Assembly: GCA_001275005.1 (NCBI GenBank)
Contig: JWZX01002380.1
Location: 1-57,418 of the forward strand
DNA: 57,418 nucleotides
DNA from: Chrysochromulina tobinii
Lineage: Eukaryota
Direction of reading: 5' to 3'
A program made the position numbers and the translations under genes. This document shows, one piece after another, positions 32,062 to 43,051 of this stretch. The notes beneath the pieces were generated by a model. The model ran no database searches, was not told the origin of the DNA, and saw nothing but the letters and a program-made list of their open reading frames with translations. Position 1 is the first letter of the stretch; every line of letters starts with the position of its first letter.

Positions 32062-35000
32062 TCAGCAGAAGAGGTCGACCCGGACGCCGGCGGCATGGCT
32101 GCCACGTGGCCGCGCCGAGTCGAGCGCCGAGCAGCCGGCAGCGGGCTCGTTCACGGCAGCCACGTCGCTGTGAACCCAGCATTCGTAACGGCCATCGCGC
32201 GACCGCACCAGCCGACACGCGCTGCCGCGGGCGCCCAGCCGACACGCGCTGCCGCGGGCGCCGTCGCCGGCCGTTTCGAACGCACCCGCCGTTCCCAACT
32301 CGAGCGCCGTTCCGAGCAGCGGCGGGTGCAGCGGGCAGAGCACGTGGTCAAAGAGGAACTTGTACAAGAGCGTACGCACACGGTCGGTGCCGTACCGGAC
32401 GGAGCCCAACGGCCGCACCTAATGAGGGAGGTCATCAGAGGTCGTCAGAGGTCATCAGAGGTCGTCAGAGGTCATCAGAGGTCATCAGAGGTCATCAGAG
32501 GTCATCAAAGGTCATCAGAGGTCGGAGCCCAACGGCCGCACGTTGGTCAGGTGCTCACGCCGCCACGCGATGCTCTCGCTGACGGCGAGACCGTGCACGT
32601 CCATGCCGCCGACAGTACTGCCGCTGCCGCCAGCAGCGCCCGCCACAGCGCCCGAATACACGTGGCCTCCGCTCGCCACAGCGCCCGAATACACGTGGCC
32701 TCCGCTCCATGAGCTTACAAGCAGCCCGAGGAGCATCGGGCGGGCGGCGGGCGGCGCGGGCAGCAGCAGCGAGCGAGCCTCCTCCATCCGCGCGCGTAGC
32801 TGTGCATCGTGCGCGAGGTCGAGGAGGAGCACCTGATGAGGGAGGTCATCAGAGGCTCATCAGAGGTCATCAGAGGTCATCAGAGGTCATCAGAGGTCAT
32901 CAGAGGCTCATCAGAGGTCATCAGAGGTCATCAGAGGTCATCAGAGGTCATCAGAGGTCATCAGAGGTCATCAGAGGTCATCAGAGGTCGAGGAGTAGCA
33001 CCTCGGGCAACGAGTCGGCTGGTGCGGCTCGCAGCTCGTCGAGGAGTGCCAAAGGGCGTGCGTACCTGATGAGGATGGTCATCAGAGGTCATCAGAGGTC
33101 ATCAGAGGTCATCAGAGGTCATCAAGGAGCGCCAGAGGACGCGCGCACATGCATGCAGGCGTGGCCGCCACGACGTCGTAGAAGGTGCCGTCGGCGGGCA
33201 GGGGTGTGAACGGATAGGTGCTCGAGAGGACGCCCAGGTGATGAAAGCGCCACACGAGCGCGCCGAAGACTTTGATAGGCTCAGCAGCAGCCAATGGTAG
33301 TGGACGGCCAATGGAAGTGGACGGCCGATGGCAGTGGAGCGCCGTCGTGGGCGCCGGGGGCAGTGGACGGCCGATGGCTGTGGTGCTGGCGGACGCGAGC
33401 GACGAGGCGCTCACGACGGCGCTCGCGACGGCGCTCGTCGGCGCGCGCAGCTCGACGTGCATGCGCAGCATGCCGGCACGGCGCGGCACGAACTCGAAGG
33501 TGAGGTGGAGCGCCGTCGTGGGCGCCGGGTCGCGCGCCGTGTCGAGCGTCGCCAGGGAGTGCAGCAGCGCTTCGCCCTCGTCGACACCATCGTAGCGGCA
33601 GCACACCTGCATGCAATCAGCACGCAATCAATATGCAATCAGAACGCAATCAGCATTCACTCAGCATGCAATCAGTATGCAATCAGAATGCAATCATACT
33701 GCAATCAGCATGCAATCAGCACCCTCGTAGCGGCAGCATACCGCCGCGCGTGCAAAGGCCTCCGCACGCTCTCGTGCGGCGCCCGTGACGACGCCCAACT
33801 CAACGCCAGGACCGCTCCTGAGCCGCAGCTTGAGGTGGGCGTCGAGGCGCGCCGTCTCACCCTCGATAGCGCAGCGCAGCCTGATGGACAAGATCTCGAG
33901 GGCGGATACCTCAAAGTCAAACGCGGCTCCGCCCTCGAGATCTCCGCCCTTTGCGATCTCCGCACTCGAGATCTCAAAGTCAGACGCGGCTCCGCCCTCG
34001 GACAGCAGCGCCACGTCGCCGGGCGTGCGAGGATGCGACGAAACCCTCTGCTGGAGAGCGCCGTACTGATCGCCCTGAGCGTCGTAATGAGCGCCATGAG
34101 CGCCGTGAGCGTCGTCCTGAGCGCCCACCGCAACGCCATCGGGCTCCGTCCCCTTGAGCTCGACGCCCGTGGTGCTGCTCAATACGGCGCCCGGCGCTCC
34201 CAAATCGAGCACACGCACCTTGAGAGGCGTGCCTGCAATGAGGGAGCAATCAGCATGCAATCAGGGAGGCAATCAGCATACAATCAGGGAGGCAATCAGC
34301 ATGCAATCAGGGAGGCAATCAGCCTGCAATCAGGGAGGAAATCAGCATGCAAAGGCGTGCCTGCAATGCGATCGGTTCCGTTGAGGAGGACGGTGAGGTA
34401 ATGCAGGCCGGCGGTCTGCAGGTAGCCTTCACAGATGTAGACGCCCGCCTCGGCGCTCGGCGTGGTGGAGATGCGAGTGCCCGAGATAATACCCGAGGTG
34501 TTGCCCGAGGTAATGCCCGAAGTGGTGCTCGAAGGGCCGCTCACCTGCATCGGGGCAAGGCAACAACCCGCGGTCATCAGGGGCCATCGGGCGAAATTAG
34601 TAGCACTCCTAATGAGGCCATCATGAGCACACTCAGAGGCCATCCGCTCACCTGCACCTCAAGGCGGTCCTGCGCCGCGGGCCGTGCGTTACCGTACGTG
34701 TCGCACACGGCCACGGAGAAACGCAGCGCCGTGCCGAGCGCATGCGGCGCCGTGAGCAGCGGCCCGGCGGCTCGGACCTGATGAGGATGGTCATTAGAGG
34801 TCATCAAAGGTCATCAGAAGTCATCAGAGGTCATCAGAGGTCATCAGAGGTCATCAGAGGTCATCAGCGGCCCTGCGGCTCGGACCTTGCATGCAATGAG
34901 GGAGGCAATCAGCATGCAATGAGGGAGGCAATCAGCATGCAATGAGCAGCGGCCCGGCGGCTCGGACCTTGCATGCGGAGGCGGCGGCGGCGGCGGGCAA

Positions 35001-35614
35001 CACATTGAGAAAGTAGGGCGAGTCTCCAAGAGGGGCTGCCCCCTCCGAGCTACGGAAGAAGATGACGAGACGGCCCGAACGGACGGGCTGGAAGATGGCG
35101 CGGTAGGTGCCATCTCCGAGGCTCGAGATCCAAACGGCCACGTGGTCCTCGCCCGGGACGGCGTCTGCACGGAGCCCAGCCGCGGAGCTCACGACGACGA
35201 TCTCCACAGGGGAGATCGTGCCGCCCCCGCCGTTGCCGCCGTTGCCGCCGCCGCCGCCGCCGCCGCTTGCTCGCGGCTTGGAGGAGATGCGATTGCCGAA
35301 GCGATCACAGGCGCTGATGAGGAGTTCCTGACGCTCACCTGGGTTGACGAAGCTCATGAGTGGCAATCAATGACAATCAAGGGCAATCAAGGACATTCAA
35401 GGACCATCCTGGCGCTCACCTGCGATGGCGGTGCCCAAGCGCAGGCAGTCGCCGGTGAGGGTACAGTGCTCGGGCGACGGGGCGGCCGGTGAGACGAAAA
35501 TCGACGCCGGCGAGCCAGTGACGTCTACCCCGCCGTCGTCATCCACTAGAGCCGCCTCTCCACACAAACGATCAGTCCGCTGGCCGCCGTCGCCGCCGCC
35601 CTGCTCTCCTGGCA

Positions 35615-35654
<40 letters not shown>

Positions 35655-38600
35655 CTGCTCGCCTGGCACAGCTCCACGGTAGAGCTGCACCCGAAGCTCA
35701 TACGCCCCTGCCACCTCGCAGCACAGGCTCAGCTCATAGAGGCCAGCACGCACCTGATGAGGATGGTCATCATAAGTCATCAGTGGTCATCAGTGGTCAT
35801 CAGTGGTCATCAGCACAGGCTGAGCTCGTAGAGGCCAGCACGCACGTGGCGGATCGTCGGTGGCGGCAGCTCGGCACCTCGACGCCCGCTGAGCGACGCG
35901 CCGAAGTGAGCGCCTTCCGAAAGCGAGCACTCCACCCCCGCCGCGCTGCGTGCGATGACCTTGAAGTTGAGCGGTGTGCCTGCCACTGCACGGAGACGCC
36001 CGCCAGGTCGGGGGGTCGAAGAGCCTGCGCTCGCGCCCGCGACGGCGCCGTCGTCGATGCTGTTGCTGCTGCCGGCGCAGTCGCTGCTGGCGGTCGTGTC
36101 GAGAATGCACATGCGCGCCTCGACCGCCACCTTCTTTGCGCGCCTGCTGGCCGGCTTGGGCGAGCGACACAGCGCGGACCGCGCCGACTGGGTGCCACAG
36201 AGCACCAGCGTATGAGCGCCGCCGCATGCGACGCCGATGACCCTTACGGGCTCGACTACGTCGCCATCCTCTGTAGGCGCGCTCGAGGGGCGTTCTCGGC
36301 CTGGAGGTTCTCGATCTCGGGAGACCTCCATGCCGAGATCGAGGCCGAGATCGAGGCCGAGATCGAGGCCGAGATCGAGGCCCTCGAGAAAGGGGAGCGC
36401 CACACCTGCATGCAATCAGCACGCAATCAGCACGCAATCGAGGCCCTCGAGAAAGGTCCGCCCGGCACACCTCGCATCTCACTCGCAGCATCGCGCTCCA
36501 CCTTGGCGCCGCCGCCGCCGCCGCTGCTCGCCGCCACCGTACCGGTGCCGGTACGTAACGGTCGGCTGCCACCGGTAACCACAATGGCACCGGACGCGCG
36601 CGTGTGAGGCGTGGCAAGGCGCGCGGCCGCCTGCACGGTCGCGTGCATGGCGGCGGTTGGCTGGTCGAGTGGCTGATCGGACCCAAGGCGCCCTGAGCAC
36701 GACCTCCCCCATGAGATCACTCGGCCTGTGCGTGTCAAGGCGACCATGTGGTCCTCCGCACACGCCACCTCGGCTAAGGGATACGCCTCGACCGCCTCGA
36801 CAAGGCGTGGCTCGAGCTCATCGCCGCGCTGCGTGCCATGCCCGCATTGGTTCCAGGATCCACCTGGTGCGGCAATCAGTGGCAATCAGTGGCGATCAGT
36901 GGCAATCAGTGGCCATCAGTGGCCATCAGTGGCCATCAGTGGCAATCAGTTGGCAATTAGTGGCAATCAGTGGCAATCAGTGGCAATCAGTGGCAATCAT
37001 AGACAGGGCTTGGTCAGAGGCACTCAGTGGCAATCAAAGGCCACCGAGGCAATCAACGACACTCACTTCCCCAAGTCCATAACTGTCCCGCCTCGTCGAT
37101 GCACGCCGTGCACGCGCCGCCGCATGCAATCATCTGCACGCGCACGCCGGCAAGCGGCCCCAGCACCAACCGCGGCATGCGCTCGGAGCTGTTCAAGCCG
37201 TGCCCGAGTCGGCCATACCTGCATGCACAATCAGAGAGGCCATTAGCATGCCACATCAGCCATTAGCATGCACAATCAGAGGGAGGCGCCATCAGCATGC
37301 ACCATCAGCGAGGCCAGCATGCACAATCAGAGGGAGGCGCCATCAGCATGCACCATCAGCGAGGCCAGCATGCACAATCAGAGGGATGCCATCAGGGAGG
37401 TCATCAGCGAGGCCAGCATGCACAATCAGAGGGATGCCATCAGGGAGGTCATCAGCGAGGCCAGCATGCACAATCAGGGATGCCATCAGGAAGGTCATCA
37501 GAGAAGACACCAGCGAGGCCATCAGGGAGGCCATCACGCAGACCATCGGCAACCTATCAGCACGCAATCAGCACGCAATCGGCACGCAATCAGCACGCAA
37601 TCGGCACGCAATCAGCACGCAATCGGCACGCAATCAGCACGCAATCAGCACGCAATCAGCACGCAATCAGCACACAATCAGCACGTAATCAGCACGTAAT
37701 CAGCACACAATCAGCACGCAATCAGCACGCAATCAGCACGCAATCAGCATGCAATCACTCATACCTCCCCTCGCCCCAGGTGTACACGACGCCCTCATCG
37801 CGGGAGAGCGCGCAGCTGTGATAGTTGCCACAGGCGATCGCGCTACAGGCGACGCTCGCGAGCTCCGCCACGGAACTGGGCGTGAATACGTCGTGTGGCG
37901 CACGGACGGACGTCAATGTGAACACGTCGTGCCCATTTGGCGCGGCGACGCGCGGCTGCTCCTGCTCGGTGCCCAGCACAGCGCTCGATGGCCGCTCGTG
38001 CACGCTGCCCAGCCCGAGCTGCCCGAGCTCGCCCGCGCCGCACGCGAGTACAGCGCCCGGGCGCGAGAGGAAGAGCGTGTGCGCGAAGCCGCACGCGACC
38101 GCCACGACGCGAGTGCCGCTCAGCGCCGACAACATCTCCGGCCTGAGCACCAGATCGTCGTCGGCTGGCGTGCCGAGGCCCAGCTGTCCGTTGCTGTTGG
38201 AGCCGCACGCTAGGACGCGGCCGCGCGAGGTGCAAAAGACCGTGTGCTTCGCGCCGCACGCGACGCCCGCCAGCCGCTGCCCGTCGCACCCGATCGCTTC
38301 GGGCGTCATTCTCACGATCTTGTCCCCCATCCCAAGCTGCCCGTGCGCATTGTTGCCCCAGGCATGGGCGACGCCTTCCTCGTCGATGGCGACCGAATGG
38401 CTCGAGCCGGCCGCGATCAGGCGCACGCGGATGCCGCTCGTAAACATTGACCGAAGCGGCCGTGGCGCCGCACGCTCGACGCTGTCGCCCAGTCCGAGCT
38501 GCCCGTTGCCGTTCCAGCCAAAGGCAAAGCACAGACCGTCAGGAGATGCGGAGCTGCTCCACTCCTCACTGCGCTGTGGCGGAGGCGGAGGTAGCGCTGC

Positions 38601-38702
38601 GAGTAGGCCCTCGCTCGCGTGGAGCGCTAGAGCTCCCGCGCCGGAGCGCCGCGAGGAACGCTTCATGGGACCCAGCACAAATTGCGAGCGCCTCCGAAAC
38701 AT
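32062..38702 (-). CDS. About 1572-aa protein: RCC1 repeats, filamin-type Ig repeats and a C-terminal EDR1/ARMC3-like domain; 13 exons
   Basis: Introns 37219-37764, 36864-37066, 36406-36470, 35754-35845, 35339-35419, 34778-34967, 34545-34651, 34233-34360 (GC), 33607-33741, 33066-33148, 32833-33001, 32419-32541; exon lengths sum to 4719 nt in frame. Motifs GWNGNGQLG/ACGAKHT (RCC1); ACDRFGN..LGDGTYRA..GDSPY, IAGTPLKV (filamin); DGTFYDV..VLLLD..RPLGSVRYG..RTLLYKFL (EDR1-like). Confidence 0.8.
32833..33001 (-). other. 169-nt intron of about 14 TCTGATGACC units with a 20-nt flanking duplication
   Basis: AG|GTGCTACTCCTCGACCTC ... AG|GTGCTCCTCCTCGACCTC. Confidence 0.85.
35754..35845 (-). other. 92-nt array intron beginning with a 35-nt copy of the downstream exon
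   Basis: GTGCGTGCTGGCCTCTA(C/T)GAGCT(C/G)AGCCTGTGCTG occurs at both the donor and the exon start. Confidence 0.85.
37219..37764 (-). other. 546-nt array intron with 11-mer (CTGATTGCGTG) tract and 48-51-bp higher-order repeats
   Basis: AG|GTATG at both ends; splicing gives the RCC1 motif WGEGR-YGRLGHG. Confidence 0.85.
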
Positions 38703-39568
38703 ACATGTTCAGTACAATAGACCACACATGTCGAGGAAATGCGGTTCGGTGTTCTCAGCTCTTCGTGGATTCACCGACAGGTTTTGCACACAAGCGGCTC
38801 ACAACGCTCTCTCATACTCCCGATTTGTCCAACTTTGGCCTCGCGGTCCGCAGCGACGAGGTGACGAGGGGACGCCGCCACGGAAGGTCACGCAGCGAAA
38901 GGCCAGACCATCTCGACCCTCGCGCTACGGGCATCGAGACGGTCGTCAAGAATGCGACCGGAACATGTACAAGAAGGTAAGATCATGATGGCGCCCGCCG
39001 CCGCCGCCCACTGCCACCGCCATCGCTACCATCCACCGCCTTCGGTCGCCTGCATACTCGCCCTCGCCCCACTCCAATCTCCTTCCAATCTCCAGCGCTC
39101 CAATGCCAACCGTTCCCGCCCATGGGCGGTCGGTCAAAAGCGATACGTACTCTCTGGGACAGTGCCTTGCGGGGTAATGAGCGGGCGCCGCTCTCCTCCA
39201 TGCGACGCTTCCTCTCCATCTCGCGCACAGCCACTCACCTGACAGCCTGGCCACACAACGGTCCACCCACTTCGCCCCCGCGCGTCCGCCGTGTCACCGT
39301 TCTTTTCGCCCTCTCGCCGCCGTGCTGCGCGCAGATGCGCGACTGCAAGCTCCTCACCGCCAGCTTCAACTTCACAAGCTCTCAGCGGCAGCCTTCCTGA
39401 ATATAATGCGTCCTTTCATCGCTCGCCGAAGAACAAAGACCGAGACAACAGAGTTCACGAACCGTGCCTCAATGCGCTGTACTTGTATGCACGACAAAAT
39501 TGCGGGTGTGAAAGTGAGCCTTTCTTGTGTGACTCTGACTGAGCACTTTCCCTGAGCGGGAAGTCCGC

Positions 39569-40711
39569 ATGCCCACCGAGGAACCCGACGCGACGGTAGC
39601 GCTGTCTTCCCTATGCCGGAACGTAGAACGTTGGTTGGAGCTGCAAGCCGACTCTGCAGCCGCCCTCCTCAGCGCCACCGAGCAGGAGCACCAGCAGTTG
39701 CTCACGGCTCTCGACACGGTCGAGAAGCAATGCGCAGACACTCAGTCGCTAGTGCAACTCCGCGCAGCACCAGCAGCAGCACAGTCAGATGCGGCCGCGC
39801 CGAGCACGCCACCGCGCTCGGCGGTCGGCACCGCCGCGAGCCTGTTATCCACTAGGAAGGTCAAAACTTCGTTCCCTGCGATCGAGACCGTGCTTGCGGC
39901 AAGGGCCCGACGCATCCCGCCGCTGCACGATTCACCTCCGCTTCCGTTTCCGTCGCTTGATGTGGAGTCGCCACCTCGTCCGCGGCTCTCTCCTCCCACG
40001 CCGCTAACGATGCTCACCCTCGTCGGCGGCGACTCGCCGGCGGCGCGCCAGCTGCGCCTCGTCTTTGTGCGGCACGGCCTGCGGAAGTGGCGTGCGACGC
40101 GTCGGTGCACGGCTGCAGTCACCGAGCTGCTGCTCTCGCGAGGCGCCGCGGCCGCACCGGCGCTGACCAAGGCGGCTGCACTGCGCCGCCTCGCCCATCG
40201 CTCGCACGAAGCCCTCGCGATCGAAGTGAATGAGGCGTGGGCGCTGCGCGCGGCCCTCAAGGGTCACTGGCGTCGCCTGTGCACAGGCGGGGTGCGCGCG
40301 GCGAGCGCGCTCCGCTGCCTTAGGACGGCAGTGGAGCACTCACGACCCGCGCTGCTGCGGCGTGCGGTGCGCGGCTGGGCCGCATGCTCTGCCGCGGCGC
40401 GAGCGTGCTGCCTCGCCTCGGCTCTCGGCGCTGTGAAGGCGCGCCGTGCCGAGCACGCCATGGCCCTCCGTCGCTGGAGAGGGTGGGTGCTGCGACGAGC
40501 GGCGTGGCGCCGACGCGTCGTGCGGCGTACGGAGGCCGCTGGCGGCTGGGCGGCGGTCCACTTGCCCGCCATGAAGGCCTTCGATGCGCGGGCCGTCTTC
40601 GTTGAGGAGGGTGCCTCCGCGATGGCGGACGCCTACCGGCGCAGGCGCACCGCAGCCGTGGTGCTGTGCCGGTGGCTTAGCGTCGTGGTGCGGACGGCGC
40701 CCGCGGTGTAA
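39569..40711 (+). CDS. Hypothetical Arg/Ala/Trp-rich helical protein (weak Sfi1-repeat-like pattern)
   Basis: 380-aa ORF with an N-terminal coiled coil and periodic LRKWR/HWRRL/VRGW/LRRWR motifs. Confidence 0.55.
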   Translation: MPTEEPDATVALSSLCRNVERWLELQADSAAALLSATEQEHQQLLTALDTVEKQCADTQSLVQLRAAPAAAQSDAAAPSTPPRSAVGTAASLLSTRKVKTSFPAIETVLAARARRIPPLHDSPPLPFPSLDVESPPRPRLSPPTPLTMLTLVGGDSPAARQLRLVFVRHGLRKWRATRRCTAAVTELLLSRGAAAAPALTKAAALRRLAHRSHEALAIEVNEAWALRAALKGHWRRLCTGGVRAASALRCLRTAVEHSRPALLRRAVRGWAACSAAARACCLASALGAVKARRAEHAMALRRWRGWVLRRAAWRRRVVRRTEAAGGWAAVHLPAMKAFDARAVFVEEGASAMADAYRRRRTAAVVLCRWLSVVVRTAPAV

Positions 40712-40879
40712 ACATCAGCTGGTGCTCACGTCACGGGGTCCACCCAGAATTGGAAGTGTTAAATGATGCCAATTGTTAACACCCCTCGGCGCTCTGAACG
40801 GCGCTCCGATCTGATTTTCATGAGGACGGAGTTCTTCTTGCTGAACGTCGCGTCGACGTAAAGCACACCATAGCACCAC

Positions 40880-43051
40880 ATGGGCAGTAGTAGCAGCACG
40901 CCGAGTACTCCGGCAAAGGTGCTCCCGAGCCCACGGCAGTCGCTTCCGAGTCCACGGCTGGCTCCACCTCCGAGTCCAAGGCGGGCTCCACTACCGTCCG
41001 AAAGCAGCAGCAGCAGCAAGGCTGGAGCGCCGCCGCCGACGACGACTCCGCGGCTGGCCCCGCAGGAACTGCTCCTGCGGCTCGAGGGGCCAAAACTCGA
41101 GGCCCCACTCGAGCGGCTCTCCATTGCCGAGCTCCGTATCTTCATCGAGGTGGCCGAGCTCCCTATGCCGGAGGGCAAGCTCGAAAAGGCCGACTTGGTG
41201 ACTCGCGCGAGGTGTCTCGGACCGCTAAATGGCCTGCGGCCAGCGCAGCTCAAGCGGCTGATTGAGGCGACGGCGCACGAGCACTCCGGCTGCGTCGAGA
41301 AGGCCGAGCTGATCGCGTGCCTGCTCGCGGCCATCGAGGCCGGAGGCAAGGCGACGCGGGAGCGGCCCGTGACGGACGAGCACGGACTCGAGCCCGGCAA
41401 GAGTAACTTTCGTCTGGCGGCGCAGGAATGGAGCGAGCGCGAGCGCGAGCTGGCCGACGAGATGGCCGCGCGCGCGCGCACGGCGGCCGAGCGCTACCGT
41501 ACCGAAGAGACGCTCAAGGCGCGCGCGATGCTCGCAGCTGCCGAGGTGGAAGAGCAAAAGGAGGCCGAGGAGCGCGAGGCGGCGGCGGCGGAGAGGCGCT
41601 GGCTGCAGGAGCGCAAGGTGCTGCTGCAAGTGGAGGCAGCTAACCAACAGGTCAAGCTGCTCGAGAAGCGCCTCGCCCTCTAATGACCTCTAATGACCTC
41701 TAATGACCTCTGATGACGCCCTTGATTGCCTCCCTCATCAGGTCAAGCTGCTCGAGAAGCGCCTCGCCCTCGAGCATGAGCAGCAGAAGCGTCAGGCCGC
41801 CGAGCGCGATCATCTCGAGGCGAAGCTTCGAGAGGCGACCCAGGCTACTGTGAGGGCGCATGCCTCGGAGGCAGCCCACGCGGCCGAGTCGCAGATTACG
41901 CGCCTGCAGCTCGAGGACAACCAGCGCCAGATGGAGCAGCTGCAGGTGTGGATCCGGCGCTCCAAGGAGGGCCGCCTGATGACCTCTGATGACCTCTGAT
42001 GACCTCTGATGACGCCCTTGATTGCCTCCCTCATCAGGCCGAGCTGCACACGCTCCAGAAGCAGCATGAGCTCGAGAAGGAGATCTTGATCTCCTCCGCC
42101 AAGATTGCCGAGCAGCAGCAGCAGCAGGAGCAGGAGCAGCAGCAGGAGCAGGAGGAGCGGCTGCGCAGGAATGCGCCCTCGGAGCCGCCGCCGACGCCGC
42201 CCGCGTCGAAGCAGCAGCACCTGCTTCAGCTCCTGGCGGCGGGCCCTGCGCGTCCGAGGGCGGCTTCTCGTGACTCGGTGGCTTCCACTGCGGCGGCGAC
42301 CCCCGTGGCCACCAGCGCGGGGCCGTCAAAGTACTACAGCGACGAAGAGGAGGCGATGATGGCCTTGTACGCCGAGGCGGACCAGGCCGATCCGGAACGG
42401 GTGGATGAGGACGAGGCCGAGGCATTTGCGTCCCATCGACGTGCCATTGACGCCCTGGCCGCTGCGGCGACGCCTGCGCTCGATGCCCTGGCCGCATCCG
42501 CACCGAGGGGGCTGACAGGGGGGGGCGACACAGGGGGGGGCGACACAGGGGGGGTCGTGTCGCCCTCGTCTCGTGTGCAAGCACTGCTCAGCGAAACAGC
42601 CCCCGAGGGTACCTGGTCCGCCGTGCCGCACGCCCAGCAGCCGCCCAGCACGGCGCCGCTTGGCCTCGCCCAACTCGGCGCCCGGCCCAACACGACGCTC
42701 GGGGTGAGCCGGGGCTCGATGGACAGCGGCGCGCTCCTGAATCGAGGCGCCCAACACGGTGCCCAGCACGGCGCCGGGGGCGAGCCGCTGCCGAATACGA
42801 AGCAGCGCGTCGAGGCCGCGCTCGAAGCGCTCTACCGTAAGAACGGGGGTGAGGCGCCTGGGCTCCTGCTGCAGCAAGTTCGCATCCCGAACTCGCGCAT
42901 CCAACGGTTCCCCCGTCCAGGTGAGCCGCTCAGTACGGCGCTCAGCCCTCCGGACGCGGCGCTGCCGGTGACGTCGACTCTCTTGAGGGGCCTTGCCGCG
43001 TGGCCCTCGCCGTCGCCGGCCTCGCGGATGCCCTTGCCGGCCGAGCTATGA
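40880..43051 (+). CDS. About 662-aa coiled-coil protein with two SAP/HeH-like motifs
   Basis: LSIAELRIFI...LEKADLV and LRPAQLKRLI...GCVEKAELI; exons 40880-41650, 41742-41945, 42038-43051 (phase 0). Confidence 0.7.
41651..41741 (+). other. 91-nt intron: perfect 33-bp flanking duplication, (TAATGACCTC)n array and shared 3' terminus
   Basis: CAGGTCAAGCTGCTCGAGAAGCGCCTCGCCCTC at 41648-41680 and 41739-41771. Confidence 0.9.
41946..42037 (+). other. 92-nt array intron whose last 39 nt are identical to those of the preceding intron
   Basis: 41999-42037 equals 41703-41741. Confidence 0.85.

Noticed and set aside
32419..33150. Regular repeats interspersed with unique sequence, superficially CRISPR-like
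   Set aside because: The units are 10-nt tandem monomers, the unique segments are exons of one eukaryotic gene, and no cas genes are present.
6683..37821. ORF-track peptides such as SSEVIRGHQ, MQSACNQHAIS, QWSSVVISGH
   Set aside because: They are antisense translations of the intronic arrays (no stops on that strand), not genes.
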